DNA of 57,595 nucleotides, filler included, from Basidiobolus meristosporus CBS 931.73 (lineage: Eukaryota > Fungi > Basidiobolomycota): NCBI GenBank assembly GCA_002104905.1. It is 2 parts of 2 records of this genome, joined end to end, with 100 filler letters (N's around TTAATTAATTAA, not from the genome) between each part and the next. Parts side by side here need not be neighbours in the genome. Positions count along the whole stretch, not along the records: positions 1 to 28,341 come from MCFE01000885.1; 1 more part is not named here. One strand, 5' to 3'. The translations under genes were made by a program, and so were the position numbers. The notes below the pieces were generated by a model. It had not been told where the DNA came from, searched no databases, and worked only from the letters and a program-made list of their open reading frames with translations. Below are positions 14,374 through 25,927 of the stretch, one piece after another. How positions within the stretch are numbered: the first letter of the stretch is position 1; the number at the start of each line of letters is the position of its first letter.

Positions 14374-16560
14374 TGTTGTGCAAGTTTGTAGTTCCTCCTA
14401 AGTATACACCTAGCTTAGTCACTTGGATCATTACCTAGATATCTTATATATTACTGTCCTATTTTCTTGTTGGGATTTGCTTGGAATATACTCACCAAAA
14501 TAACAGGTACCCAGAGCATGAAGTTTGAAAAGTTATCCAATCAACCCACACTTTGCACATATGTTCTTAAGACCTTCCTATACCTATTATATGCTTTTGT
14601 TCTACCAAGAACATGTAAAAGTATAAATAATACTTTGACATTTGGTAAATTATTGAGTGAAAACCACATATTTTGCTTGTTATCTCAATCACTTCAAATA
14701 TCACCAAGACAGTTACATCAGGTTATGAGCCCTAAGCTCTCACTTGCTGCAGTGTCTACTACTGCTATTGCTGGAAATCTTCCCTCTGCTGAGAAATTTA
14801 TTGGATCTATCTACCAGGTGTGGAAGGTGAAGATGAAGATGCTGCTACAAGAATGAGGCCTTTGAGACATTGCCATGGAAGAAGAATGCCCCTCTAATAA
14901 TATGAAAGAGGAAGCCTTAAAGTAGAAAAAGAAAGAGCAAAGTGCCTTTAAGTGTGTTTGCTTTAATGTAAAAGGTTAATTGCTAATTTAATCTGGTGCC
15001 AAGAAGGAGGAAAAGGAAAAGGCTTTAATAAGCAATAATTACCAATAAAGAAGCTACCCAAGACCCTTCAAAAGCAATAGTAACCTATTTTGCAACTCCT
15101 GCTAAGGTAAAGGATGCACATCAGATTTGTGCCTCAAAAAAAGAGATAGTTAGCAGAAAAAGTCTGAAAATAGAAATGCTGTGGCAGCTGAAGATAGGCT
15201 GTTCATATCTGCACTAAACATGACCACAAGCCAGGACTCTCAGACATGATACACTGACTCTGGAGCATCTCTACACTTAACATGTCAAAGAGATCTTTTC
15301 ACCCAATAACAAGAAATTCCAAATAAGAAGGTTTTCATAGGTGACTACAGAATACCAGTTGCAGTTGGAGAAGTAACTATCCTAGCAAGCCTGAGAATCA
15401 GTGAAGGAAGCCACACATCTACCTTCAAAGAGGTACTTTATGTAACAGAAATAGCCAAAAACCTACTATCTGTAAGCTAGGCCACTGCAGAATGACTTAG
15501 TTTTGGCATTGACAAATGTGGATGCAGGATCACTGATCAAAATAGTGCCCATATTGCTTTTGGTATCAGAGATCAGAAACCATGCAAGTTGACATATATT
15601 CCAGCATATCATGAAGTCAGTATAAGTAACTTATATGACAAAACACCAATTCTCTGGTACAGGAGACTATAGCACATTAATTATGATTATTTGCTCTAAA
15701 TAATTAAAGAATGGCTAGTTTTCATAGAAGAAATTGACCTCCCTGATATTTTGGAGCACTGTGAAGCCTGCTTATATGGGAAGCAAGTAAGACAATTGTT
15801 CAAGAGCTCTGGCTAATCAAAATCCAGAAAAATCTACATCTAATTCACTCAGATCTGTGATGACTGATGCAAGATTTATCTTTAGGCTGGATTAGGTATT
15901 CAATCACTTATATTGATAATTATAGAATATAGGTATGGGTCTTGCTTGTAGAGAGAACAGAAGAGGCTAAGTCTAAGCTCAGGGAGCTTAAAGTCATGGT
16001 GGAGAGAGAGACTGGTCAAAATGGGAACAAAATACACCCTGGCAATGTTAGAATATTTCCCTCAGAGTTCTTCATCCACTTGTGCAAAATTTGCAGAATA
16101 AAGCAAGATACTACTGTCCCATACTCCCCACAGCAGAAGCAGATCAATAATTGATATGGCAAGATCTATGCTCCATAATCAAAAATTATCCTTTGATTTT
16201 TGGGTAGAATCAGTTGCCCCACATGTATAGCTCAAAATAGGAGTAATAACATAGTAATTTGTGATTCTACTCCTTTCAGGCATGGCATGGATATAAGCCA
16301 AGGGCAGAACATCCAGTAATATCTGTGTGTAAAGCATATGCTGAGAAACTGCCCAGACATTGGGCAGAATTTGAGCCCAGAGGTCTAAGTGCATATTTTT
16401 GAGCTATTGAAATGAGAGTAGAGCATACACACTCAATAATAGGAAAGCAATAGAGCCAGACAAGTCCAGGGATGTGCTATTTAGTATTAATTCACAATCT
16501 TCACAAAATATGACATTTGTTGATTACAAAATCTGATCTTAAGTCCATCAATAGTGAGGA
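14374..16560 (+). mobile_element. Degenerate Copia family A element: 5' LTR (14374-14720), PBS, gag-PR-IN remnants
   Basis: LTR homologous to 54749-55096; PBS GGTTATGAGCCCT at 14721-14733; YQVWKVKMKMLLQE, DSGAS and HCEAC remnants collinear with 55101-56490 but full of stops; right boundary approximate. Confidence 0.85.
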
Positions 16561-16639
16561 CTGCTTTGGCTGTATTAGAAGCATGTGCTTATCCCACAAA
16601 GGAATTTTGAACATTGATACATATGAAATTAAGGCTTTT

Positions 16640-16870
16640 CTCTCCTTTGCTTGACACTTTTGGAGAGCTTCTCAATAGTCAGGAGCATTCTGCAACAGAT
16701 TCAGGGTTAATACAAGAGGTTTATGAAAGTTCTAATTTAATCTTGACTATAGGTAAAAAAAATAGAATCATCAATATAAAAGAAAGTGGCAAAGTTAAGG
16801 CATTAAATGAGTTCTACAGTGACTAAGACTAGTCTAGTTTTGTTTAGTAAATATTTGGGGGCTATATGAT
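16640..16870 (-). repeat. Fragment of LTR family B
   Basis: Similar to 24000-24240 (GGAGAG-TTCT-AATAGTC-GGAGCATTCTGC...AAAGAA-GTGGCAA-GT-AAG); further fragments at about 8454-8587 and 22745-22870. Confidence 0.65.
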
Positions 16871-17174
16871 GCCTGATAGTCTAATACTCTAACAGTAACA
16901 CACTGGCACTATTTAGCACCAATGTACATCACAAGTCTATTTTCAACATGTTTGTTTTTGGAAATAGCCGTGTATTTTGTACTGAATGTCAAAGCAAGCA
17001 ATCTTCCAACTGTTCTTCTGCTGCTGTATGCAGTGCATATTGCTTGATAACCACACAACTTTGCTATGTTTTGGTGGTATATATATGAAAGAAAGTCAAA
17101 CTATAGGGGATTTGGAGTTACATGTTGATAGGCATATGGGCCTAGAGCTTTTCTGAAGATGTTAGCAATATTGA

Positions 17175-19140
17175 CCCAATGCAAAATAACTGTGATGATT
17201 CATTCAAGAAACCATCACAAGATCTAATCCCATTACTAACAGCTATTGATGCCATGCAGACATTGTCCAAGGACTATAAAAAAATTACACCCCATATTAC
17301 AAAAATAACTTGGCCAAGATATTTTATAACAACAATATAAAAGTGGCTTTTGATTAGTTTTCTGCCAATTTTCTCAATTTCTGATCCCAGACACTCAGCC
17401 ACCTGCTACAGTTTTGTACCTTAGCTGATTACAGCCACTTTTTTGCAATCTTACCACCTAACCAAACAAATAGTCTCACTTTTCAGGAATACCAATGGGT
17501 TTGCTTTCATTTAGTACTCAGTTATAACTCAGTTGCCAATTGTACTGATCTATACAAGTCCCTATATGCAACACAAACATTAAGCCCAACCTTACCCTCA
17601 ACAAATGACTTAGTTTAAATTCACCATTCAATATGCAAATCTACCAAAACACTTTTTTTCCATGGTATTGGTGGGAGGCCAATGACATTATGCCATTGTT
17701 TTTTCACTGGTTCTTATATGTCCTGGTCATTAGCTGGCATTGTAAGGTCTTACACCTCAAATGCCAGTCTTCCTAATATATTTTTGCTGTATACTGGGTA
17801 GATTTCTTGATCACTACTCTTGAAAAAATGCTGCAACCTTTTGCTAGACCCATTATTTCCCCAAAATGGCACAGAAGGCATTTTGATAGTCGTGCAAGCT
17901 AGTGACATTGTTGCTCTGAATGTCAGTGGGATCTCAACTCTTTCTACAGTGAAGGGTGAGGAGGATATAGTAGGAAAGTTACCTTTCTCTGTAAGCTTTT
18001 CTACATCACTTGAGTATTGCTCAACTGACTGCACTTAGAGCTCTTGAGAAAATGGCCACTGTTGTCTTGGGAGTTCATCTTGGCAAATATGAGGCTCAGA
18101 CTTTTCCAGGCATGTAATACTATTTGGTGAAAACTGCAGCTTTTTTCTCACACTTCCCTGTCTTCTGCCTGGGTAGCCTTCTTCCCTTTACTTTTTCTTT
18201 TCCAATGTATGGTCTCTCACTGTTGTGTTATATAAGTTCAATTCTTATTGAACTATGTTTTCTACTTGACAAACACAGCATTGATACATCAGTTTATGCG
18301 TACTTGTCCCCTGCTGGCACTCTTCCAGCTACCTTATATGTCTTGAGCACCAGCATAGAGCTTTTGGCCCTACCTGTAACAGACTTAGGAAGCTGCTGGT
18401 TTTTAGCTATGGCACACTTGTTTTTCTGCATTTGATGAAATCTGCTTGTCTTGAGGTACTTTCTTATCATATCAATACTGTCCAAGAATATGTTTGAGTG
18501 CTTGTATCCAGGATAGTGCTGATGGAACAGATCAAACACATTCTCTTTAGCCTTGTGTTCCTGATAATTCTATGGTATGCTGGCTTGAGGTGATTGAGTG
18601 CTAGAGATTGTACAGGAAGTTCAACATCATCAGATTCCCTATCACTATACTCAACTGCTCCACAAGTATTGAGTAACTTTTGACTTTTAGTCATTGATAT
18701 CAGGCTTTCAATCTCTCCTTCCATGCTGCAATAGGTTCTATTGTGGGCATTATCTGTAGGTACTATTGTTATGCTACAAAGACTCAATAGTGCTCCTCTG
18801 CTGTAATACTGAGAAATGGCTCAGTTCTTTGCGGCTATATTGACCTACTTGAGTTACTCCTTTGCAGCAAAGCACTGTGTTCTCCACCTGCAATATTGAT
18901 TGTTATACATATATTATCTGCACATCCTGCCCTAGAAAACTCCCTGATTTCTCTAGGTTATTGCATCTACTAACTTAGCCATTTCACCTAATTGCCTCAA
19001 TAATGCTTTGGTATTAGCTTACAATATGCTTGCTAATATTGGTAGTGGTGATGTCATGATACCTGTTTGGTGGTCTTCCACTTGTTGTATGGTATTTACT
19101 ACATTCCCATCTGCCAGGGCATTATGACCAGCTTGCCTAC
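17175..19140 (-). pseudogene. Repeat family X, copy X3 (5'-truncated)
   Basis: ORF fragments FHQHYPGYKHSNIF...MIRKYLKTSRFHQ (18294-18539) and VERVEIPLTFRATMS...MPSVPFW (17750-18034); 3' end CCCAATGCAAAA on the plus strand at 17175. Confidence 0.75.
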
Positions 19141-19148
19141 TTGCCAAA

Positions 19149-22100
19149 CCTATGCAAAATTACTGTTATGATCCCATCAAAAGGCCATCACAAAGTTAAA
19201 GTCCTGTGACTAAGAGGCACTGATCCTATGAGGACACTGTCCAGAGACCACTGGAAATAATTGCACCCCAGATTTCACAAAAACCTAGTAAAAACTTTTC
19301 ATCACAACAATATATAAGTGGCTTTTGATTGGTTCCCTGCCAATTTGCTTACTTTTTGATCCCAGACACTCTATCACCTCCTACACTTGTGTGCATTGAT
19401 TGGCTATTGCCTCTTTTTCACACTCCTTACTTCCTGATTCAACTGTATCTTGTAACTTTCATGCATACAAATTGATTTATTTCTGTTGAAACTTCTGTTG
19501 TACCTCAGTTACCAATTGTATTGACCTATACAAGTCCATATATCCTACACTAACATTAAGCCCAACCCCGCACTCAACAAGCAATTCCACTGAAATTCAC
19601 CACCCAATAAATATTTCTACTGTAACACTCTGGTTCCACAACTTTGGTGGGAACCCAATGGCTTTGTGCCACTGTTAAATCACTGGTTCCCACACATCCT
19701 GGTCTTCAGCCAGCACTGCAAGGTCTAGCACCTCATCTGCCAGTCTTTGCAATAAATCCTTGCAATATTCAAGTACATTTTCTTGAGCACTGCTCTTGAA
19801 GAAGAACTGCAACCTCTTGGTGTGCCTACTAATGCTCCAAAATTCCACAGAAGGCATTGTGATAGCCTTTTGAGTCCTTGACATTGTAGCCTTGTCTGTC
19901 AGTGGGATCTCCATTCTGTAAACAATGGAGGATGTGGAGGCTGTGGTAGACACATTGTCTGTTTGTGCAAACTCATCTTCCATGCTGGAGTGTAGCTCAA
20001 CTGACTGCACTTCCAACTATAGTGAAAACAGCTGTTTACTTGTGGGTAATCATCTTGGCTATGATGGGATTCAGCTTGTTGCAGGCTTACAGCATTAATT
20101 GGCAAGAACTGCAGTTTTTTTCTCATGCCTCCCTATCTCAGCCTTGGGTAGACATTCTTCCCTTTACCTTTTCCTTCATCACTCCAGGTCTTTCACTACT
20201 AATTTCTCTGAGTGCCTGTTGTAATGAACTATCTTTTCTCATTAATAATTTCTGCTCTGATGCATCTGTTTTGGCCTGCTTGTCCCTTGCTGGCACTGTC
20301 CTGGCAACTCAACATTTCTTTTCTGCTTGCTTTGAGCTCTCAACTGTAGTTGTGATGGGCTCCTGTAAAGGCTGCTGGTTTTTATCTCTGCAGGTCCTTC
20401 ACTGCTACTTTGACTGAGTGCTTCTTGAGTGGTACTATGCTTTTTCCTTGATACATGTTGTACTGATGCATCAATGACTGCCTGCTTATCCCTAATTGGC
20501 ACTGTTCCAGCTACCTGACATCTCTGTGACACTTGTCTAGTGCTTTTGACCCTGCTTGTAACAGGCTCTGGAGGAAGCCTCTGGTTCTGTGGTAATGGAA
20601 AGTATTCCATCAATACAATATCTCAAAACCAATATTAAACGCATTACTTTATTTTGCTTCAGCTATTGTAACATACAGGTGAAAGACCAAGAATTTAAAA
20701 CTCTGAAGAACAAATACTCTAGACACTGACAAGCAATCCACCCAGGAATATCATGTCATTCAGAACAAGTAGTAGCCAACTCATGTTTCAAATTACAGCT
20801 CACTTGAAGCAGTGCTTAAGGAGTTATGACCAAAAGCGTTCAATTATTACATATTCTAGGTCTCTATTGCTAGGATTACTATGGTGACTTTGATTGCATG
20901 TAACTTTTGAACCAGCCAATCAAATCCCATGAAACTCTTACAGGTGCTGTGCCTATGTTCAATCTGTGCCACTGCAGGATTTAACCTTGTATCACATGTA
21001 TTACTTGCACAATTGCCCAAAAACTTTGATCCTTCAAAAACTCAAATATATGACTTCCCCAGCTGAAAAACAAAGGAGAGCCTCTCTTTCCAGAATCTCC
21101 ACACTGCAATTACAAGTTTAAAGGTTAAATGACTTCCCCTGCATTACTTGCACTGTTGAGTATTCTGACTTTGATTGGTACTACATCAGTAAAGATACTG
21201 CAAAGCTCACAAGAATCCAATCTAAGTACTACAAGAAACTACCGCTTTTCTGTTGGAAAAGTCCCCTCTAAGAAGCCCCGTTAGAGACCACTTTAAGAAG
21301 CCCCTTCACTCTAAAGAAGCCCCTTGAGGCACCCCTTTAGTGTAAAGTCCACTTTAGTGACCACTACAAGAAGCACCTTTACTTTAAAGACACCCCTTTA
21401 GACACCCCTTTAGGTCTAATGACCCCTTTGGAGAATTCTACAACACACCCCTAAGGGGAGTTCAGAATTTCCATATTAGGAAGTATTCTCTCAGAGAGGA
21501 AAGTGACTTCCAAACAAGGAAAAGTTACTATAAAAGTGAATAAGCCCATTAGTTGACAGAAGGTCAGAACACTGCTGTAGAAGTGAGAAACACTGTATAT
21601 AGTATATTTTGAGCCTAAGATTGAGGATATTAGTGAAAGTTATATCTTCTATTGTTATATCAAATACCTAATGAACTATTTCAGAATTAGCATACTGGAG
21701 GTTGTTGTATATTGTTGATTAGCCTCTACATTGTAGAACAAGCCCCAAACTAATCATAATACAACACCACAGTTCTTAGCCATGAGACCCTTGTTCTTCT
21801 GCCTTTGATAGCTTCTGCTATTCTTAAGATAATTTCTTAGCATACCAATGCTGGCCCAAAACTTGTTTGATCATTTGAATCCAGGATATTGCTCATGGAG
21901 CATGTCATTGTATTCCACTTGGCCTTGAGTTCCTGATGGTCCCATGGTATACTGGCCTTAAGGTGCTGCCATGCTCAACTTCTGACAACCTCTTGAATAT
22001 TAGCCCACTCTTCATTATTGCACTCAATGACTTCATGGATCTTCAAAGTCTTTTGATTTATAGGCTTTGGTATAAATACCACATTGTCTCCCTCCTATGC

Positions 22101-22700
22101 TGTGATAGGCTTTTCTGTAGGCTTTATCTTTAGGCACTGTTGTTGTGCTTCAAAGACTATAAGGTACTCCTCTGCTATTACAACTGGAAATGGCTCAATT
22201 TGCCTGTAACATTGAGCTACTTGAGTTCCTTCTTTGTAGCAAACATACTGCTTTCTCTACCTGGGATATTGATTGCCCTACATGTATTATCTGCTCATCC
22301 AGTTTCTGGACTATTTCCTGATTTCTCTGGGCCATTGCTTCTATCCTATCAGCCACTGCACCTTATTGCTTTATTAATGCTTTGGTAGGAGCTGCCAACA
22401 TAGCTGCTATTATGGGTGGTAGTGATTTTATGGTGGTTACTTGCTGGTTTTCAACTGAGGGTACTGCATTTGTTACAATCTCATCTGCCTGAGCATAATG
22501 GTCAGCTTGTGACTCTGCAGAGGTTCTCAACTGCCTACCTGACTAAAGCCTGAGGAGTCTGCATTATTACCTTCAGTGGGTACACTGCTAATATGTCCTT
22601 TTTTGAATGTAGCCATGCTTGTTGCACTGAATGTAAAGCAAGCTGTTGTTTAACCATTCTTCTGCTGCCGTCAGAGGTGGGGTTTGGTTGGGAACCAGAC
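19149..22700 (-). pseudogene. Repeat family X, copy X4, split by solo LTR D
   Basis: Removing 20588-21775 restores GGCTAAGAAC|CAGAGGCTTCCT, matching about 7005-7030; 3' end CCTATGCAAAA on the plus strand at 19149. Confidence 0.8.
20588..21771. mobile_element. Solo LTR family D (1184 bp)
   Basis: Termini TGTGGT...CACCACA; exact 4-bp TSD GTTC/GTTC; internal degenerate CCCC-motif tandem at about 21260-21420. Confidence 0.92.
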
Positions 22701-22879
22701 TATAGTGGGGACAAAGGTGCTAATGTGGTCTTAACTATAGAGAAATATTCATAGGATTATAGGTGTGAAAGTGAGTGGCAAAGTTAGGGCTATAAACTAG
22801 CCCCATAGTGACTTTGACTAGTCCAGAACTGTAAAGTGAGTGCTTAGCTGCTGACAGATACCAAATAGATTAATACATC

Positions 22880-23870
22880 AAGAGAGGCACATTACTATCA
22901 TCCAAACATACGCACTTAGAACATCATCATTCCGCAGTAAGAATGTATAGAAGACAGCATGTATTGGTAGCAAAGTTGGCAAGCTATTATCCCATGGCCA
23001 GTAAGTGGAATCAATCAACCACAGAAGAAACCAAGATTGAGCTAATCTGTTGGAGAATAAGCTTTCATCCAGGAGCAAAGCACCTGCACTTCAACAACTT
23101 TCATACACTGATAACCAAGTTACACCTGGTGAGTTTCAAGCCCAATGAGCCCTGTGGGATACTGGAGAAATTTGTTAGAAACCGCAAGATTTTACAGAGT
23201 ATCTGCTACCATTAGTATTTCTCACAGTCTCCAGTCAGTGTTCTTTCACATATACAAAGATACAAATGCAAGGAATGGATGAGCTAGATGTGTATTTGTT
23301 GAAATGGTCTACTGAAGCAATTTCTCCCTAAAGTACATTGGTAGCATCAGGATCATAAGTTAACATTTTAGGAATATTTATCCACAAGAAAATCATCAAT
23401 ACCAACTTGAAATGCTAACAGCTTTAATGCAAGGAGTTTGTAATAAAATTTGGGCAGCTTGAATTCATATATTAAGCTCAACACATAAATTTCTGCAACT
23501 ACTCCACCTATTCTTCACTTTATCTTTCTTGGCACATGGAGACCATTGAACCTTGGCTCATCTTTTGGGAGTTTTCTACAGAGCAAATGTATGGGCAGAA
23601 AGAAACATAAATCAAGTTGCAGGTACTACTACAGTTGAATTGCTGCAATGTGATGAGTTAGCCCATAGAGCACAGTAAGGAAGTGTTTGAAAATACTTAG
23701 GACAGATGTGCACACGGAGAGCATATGTGTAAGAGTAATAGAATCCAACAAGGAGTGGGAATATGTAGGCCAAGTACTCCTTAGTATTTCTACATATTCA
23801 TTTGGTATTACTGACGGATGTGACAGCAATCATGTTGATGTTTGTAAGATGTATATTAAATGAGTAAATC
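22880..23870 (+). mobile_element. Probable CACTA transposase C-terminal relic
   Basis: Reads LHLFFTL...FWEFSTEQMYG near 23510-23600, resembling the CACTA H..H...W.F..ER..G motif; heavily degraded. Confidence 0.45.
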
Positions 23871-23871
23871 A

Positions 23872-24261
23872 TGTTGCACTTTAAGTGGTGTTTTGAGTAC
23901 CAGCAATTTATCAATAAGTTGTAATAATAGTTAAACTTTTGTTTAATCATGAAAAAGCTCATTATTGATACTTTTGTTGAGGTAAAACCACTGTAAAACT
24001 AAGTTAGGAGAGTTTCTAAATAGTCTGGAGCATTCTGCCACAGCATCAGGGCTGACACATAAAATTTTGTAAAAATACATATTTCTTTTTGACTATTGAG
24101 GAATATTCATAGGATCATAGAACTGAAAGAAGGTGGCAAGGTCAAGACTGTAAATGAGTCCTACAGTACTAAGAATAATCCAGCATTGCTCATCAAATCT
24201 ACTGCTGCCAAGTGATACCAAATGATACCAGATGGCCCAGTTTCTTAACACTCCCCTCAAC
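23872..24261 (-). mobile_element. 3' LTR of Copia family B (23872-24250) with polypurine tract (24251-24261)
   Basis: Minus strand reads TTGAGGGGAG then TGTTAAGA...GTGCAACA (TGTT...AACA termini). Confidence 0.75.
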
Positions 24262-24449
24262 TAAATAGACTTGTTCTGTTGGATAGTGCCACATAGTGCC
24301 AGCTGGTTTATAGTGCCGGATTGATCTGGCACTCTATGGCACTATCTGGCACTATAATTTCTACCATGATGCCAGTGGTATGATACAGTTACTGGTAATT
24401 TTACTCAATCTTACTTATGTTGCTCAGAATAGTGCTTTCCTTGCTTTAT

Positions 24450-25334
24450 TTACTCTTCATAATGCTCCAGACACATTTCTCTCAGTGGATGTCTTCTTGT
24501 ATGAACATACTGTGCATTGATAAGTATCTTAACTATTTTACCTATTCTGCTGTTTTCTCCTATAAATGACTTTCCTCTGTATTTACCTGCCAATATGCTG
24601 AATCTCTTCAGATATCCAAATGTGTGCTCTACCCTTACTCTGAAATGATTAAATATCTCATTGTAGAGCTTCTGCTTCCTGCTAAGCACACCATTCCTTG
24701 ACTTCCTATAAGCTGTAATACATCCTAATCTCTGACAATCCTCTCCTATATAGGCCAAGTCTGCCATACATTTCTCCCCTCTACTGAATTCAGGATGATT
24801 CTCTACCCAGAGTGCTTTGTCATGCCTACTTCCAGCAAATGGCCCACTAAACCAGATGATGTTACCCTCAATGTCAGACAGTGCTTGAAACTTCACACAG
24901 TGTGCCTTGTACTTGCCAGAATAAAAGTGCCTCTGCCCTCTAGAAGGTCTGTTAATCCTCACTGGGAAGGTATCCAAAATACTCCTGATATGGAACCTGT
25001 TGCTGTACACTCTGGGATATGGAAGTCTATTGGAGCTTCTGAACCTAGTATTCCAAGCTTGCTCTAAGTCATTCATACCCTCTGCAAGGTGGTTCTCCAT
25101 TGCTGTCAGCTGGGAATGAAAGCTTCTAGGACTTTTGTTGCCATGGATGGTGGGATGAAACCTTGTAGGGCAATAGTTCTTGTAATAGCAGAGAAGCTTA
25201 ACAAGGGATCTCCTTGAGTAGATTGGGGTTGATGGTCCACAGTACTTGGAATAGATCTCCTCCAGTGTGTCAAAAGGAAATCCAGTGGTAGTGATGGGAT
25301 TGATGAGAAAAGACCATTCAGATGAGTAAGTCAT
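24450..25334 (-). CDS. PIF/Harbinger/IS5-like DDE transposase (DDE_Tnp_4-type), intact 294 aa ORF
   Basis: Motifs ILDTFPVRINRP, YSGKYKAHCVKFQ, SGPFAGSRHD, MADLAY and RVRVEHTFGYLKRF give a complete D-D-E triad; N-terminal LLCYYKNY segment resembles the HTH_Tnp_4 region. Confidence 0.9.
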   Translation of the reverse strand: MTYSSEWSFLINPITTTGFPFDTLEEIYSKYCGPSTPIYSRRSLVKLLCYYKNYCPTRFHPTIHGNKSPRSFHSQLTAMENHLAEGMNDLEQAWNTRFRSSNRLPYPRVYSNRFHIRSILDTFPVRINRPSRGQRHFYSGKYKAHCVKFQALSDIEGNIIWFSGPFAGSRHDKALWVENHPEFSRGEKCMADLAYIGEDCQRLGCITAYRKSRNGVLSRKQKLYNEIFNHFRVRVEHTFGYLKRFSILAGKYRGKSFIGENSRIGKIVKILINAQYVHTRRHPLREMCLEHYEE

Positions 25335-25927
25335 ATTGAAATTGATGGATGATTGTATGGAGGCGGTTTGAATTGAATTGGCGCGATCTGCATTATTTAT
25401 CTGATTTTTAACACATTATGGTTAAATCTCCATCAATTGCCATGTATCCCATCATTATGTTGCAAAAATCATCCGCAAACAATGCCTTGGTACTTTTATT
25501 GATGCTTTAATCATAGGTCTATAATCAAAAAGGAAATCTGCGATTGATGTGATCTGATCCATGTCAACGCAATCCAAGATGCATCATGCATAATATATGG
25601 AAAATTCAACAATCACATTAGTTTTCATATATATTTCATATAAGACCAGGTTGATGCCAATATACTGCTGTATAAGTATCCAAATCCGTTGCTATGGTCC
25701 CCATACCAAGCCTCAACTCATCTTTAGTACAACCCTGACAAAACCCATCCCCCAGCTCACAAGCACGGTCCGGACCGGAAAAGTCGATGTCGGATCCGTT
25801 CGAGTTCTCGCCAAATGATTTTAGTATGGCCCAAGTGTCTATGATGAGCCTTCATACAGATATTTGGGCACTACTGATTAATCTAGCAGAACTAGATACC
25901 TCAGAGAGTTGACAAAGATGGAAGAAT

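Noticed and set aside
21362-21372. CACTACAAGAA, matching the start of the maize Spm TIR
   Set aside because: It lies inside the tandem motif of solo LTR D, which has its own intact TSD; no partner TIR.
1-25334. Canonical RIP as the cause of TE decay
   Set aside because: CA and TG are abundant and the changes between copies centre on CG, not CpA>TpA.
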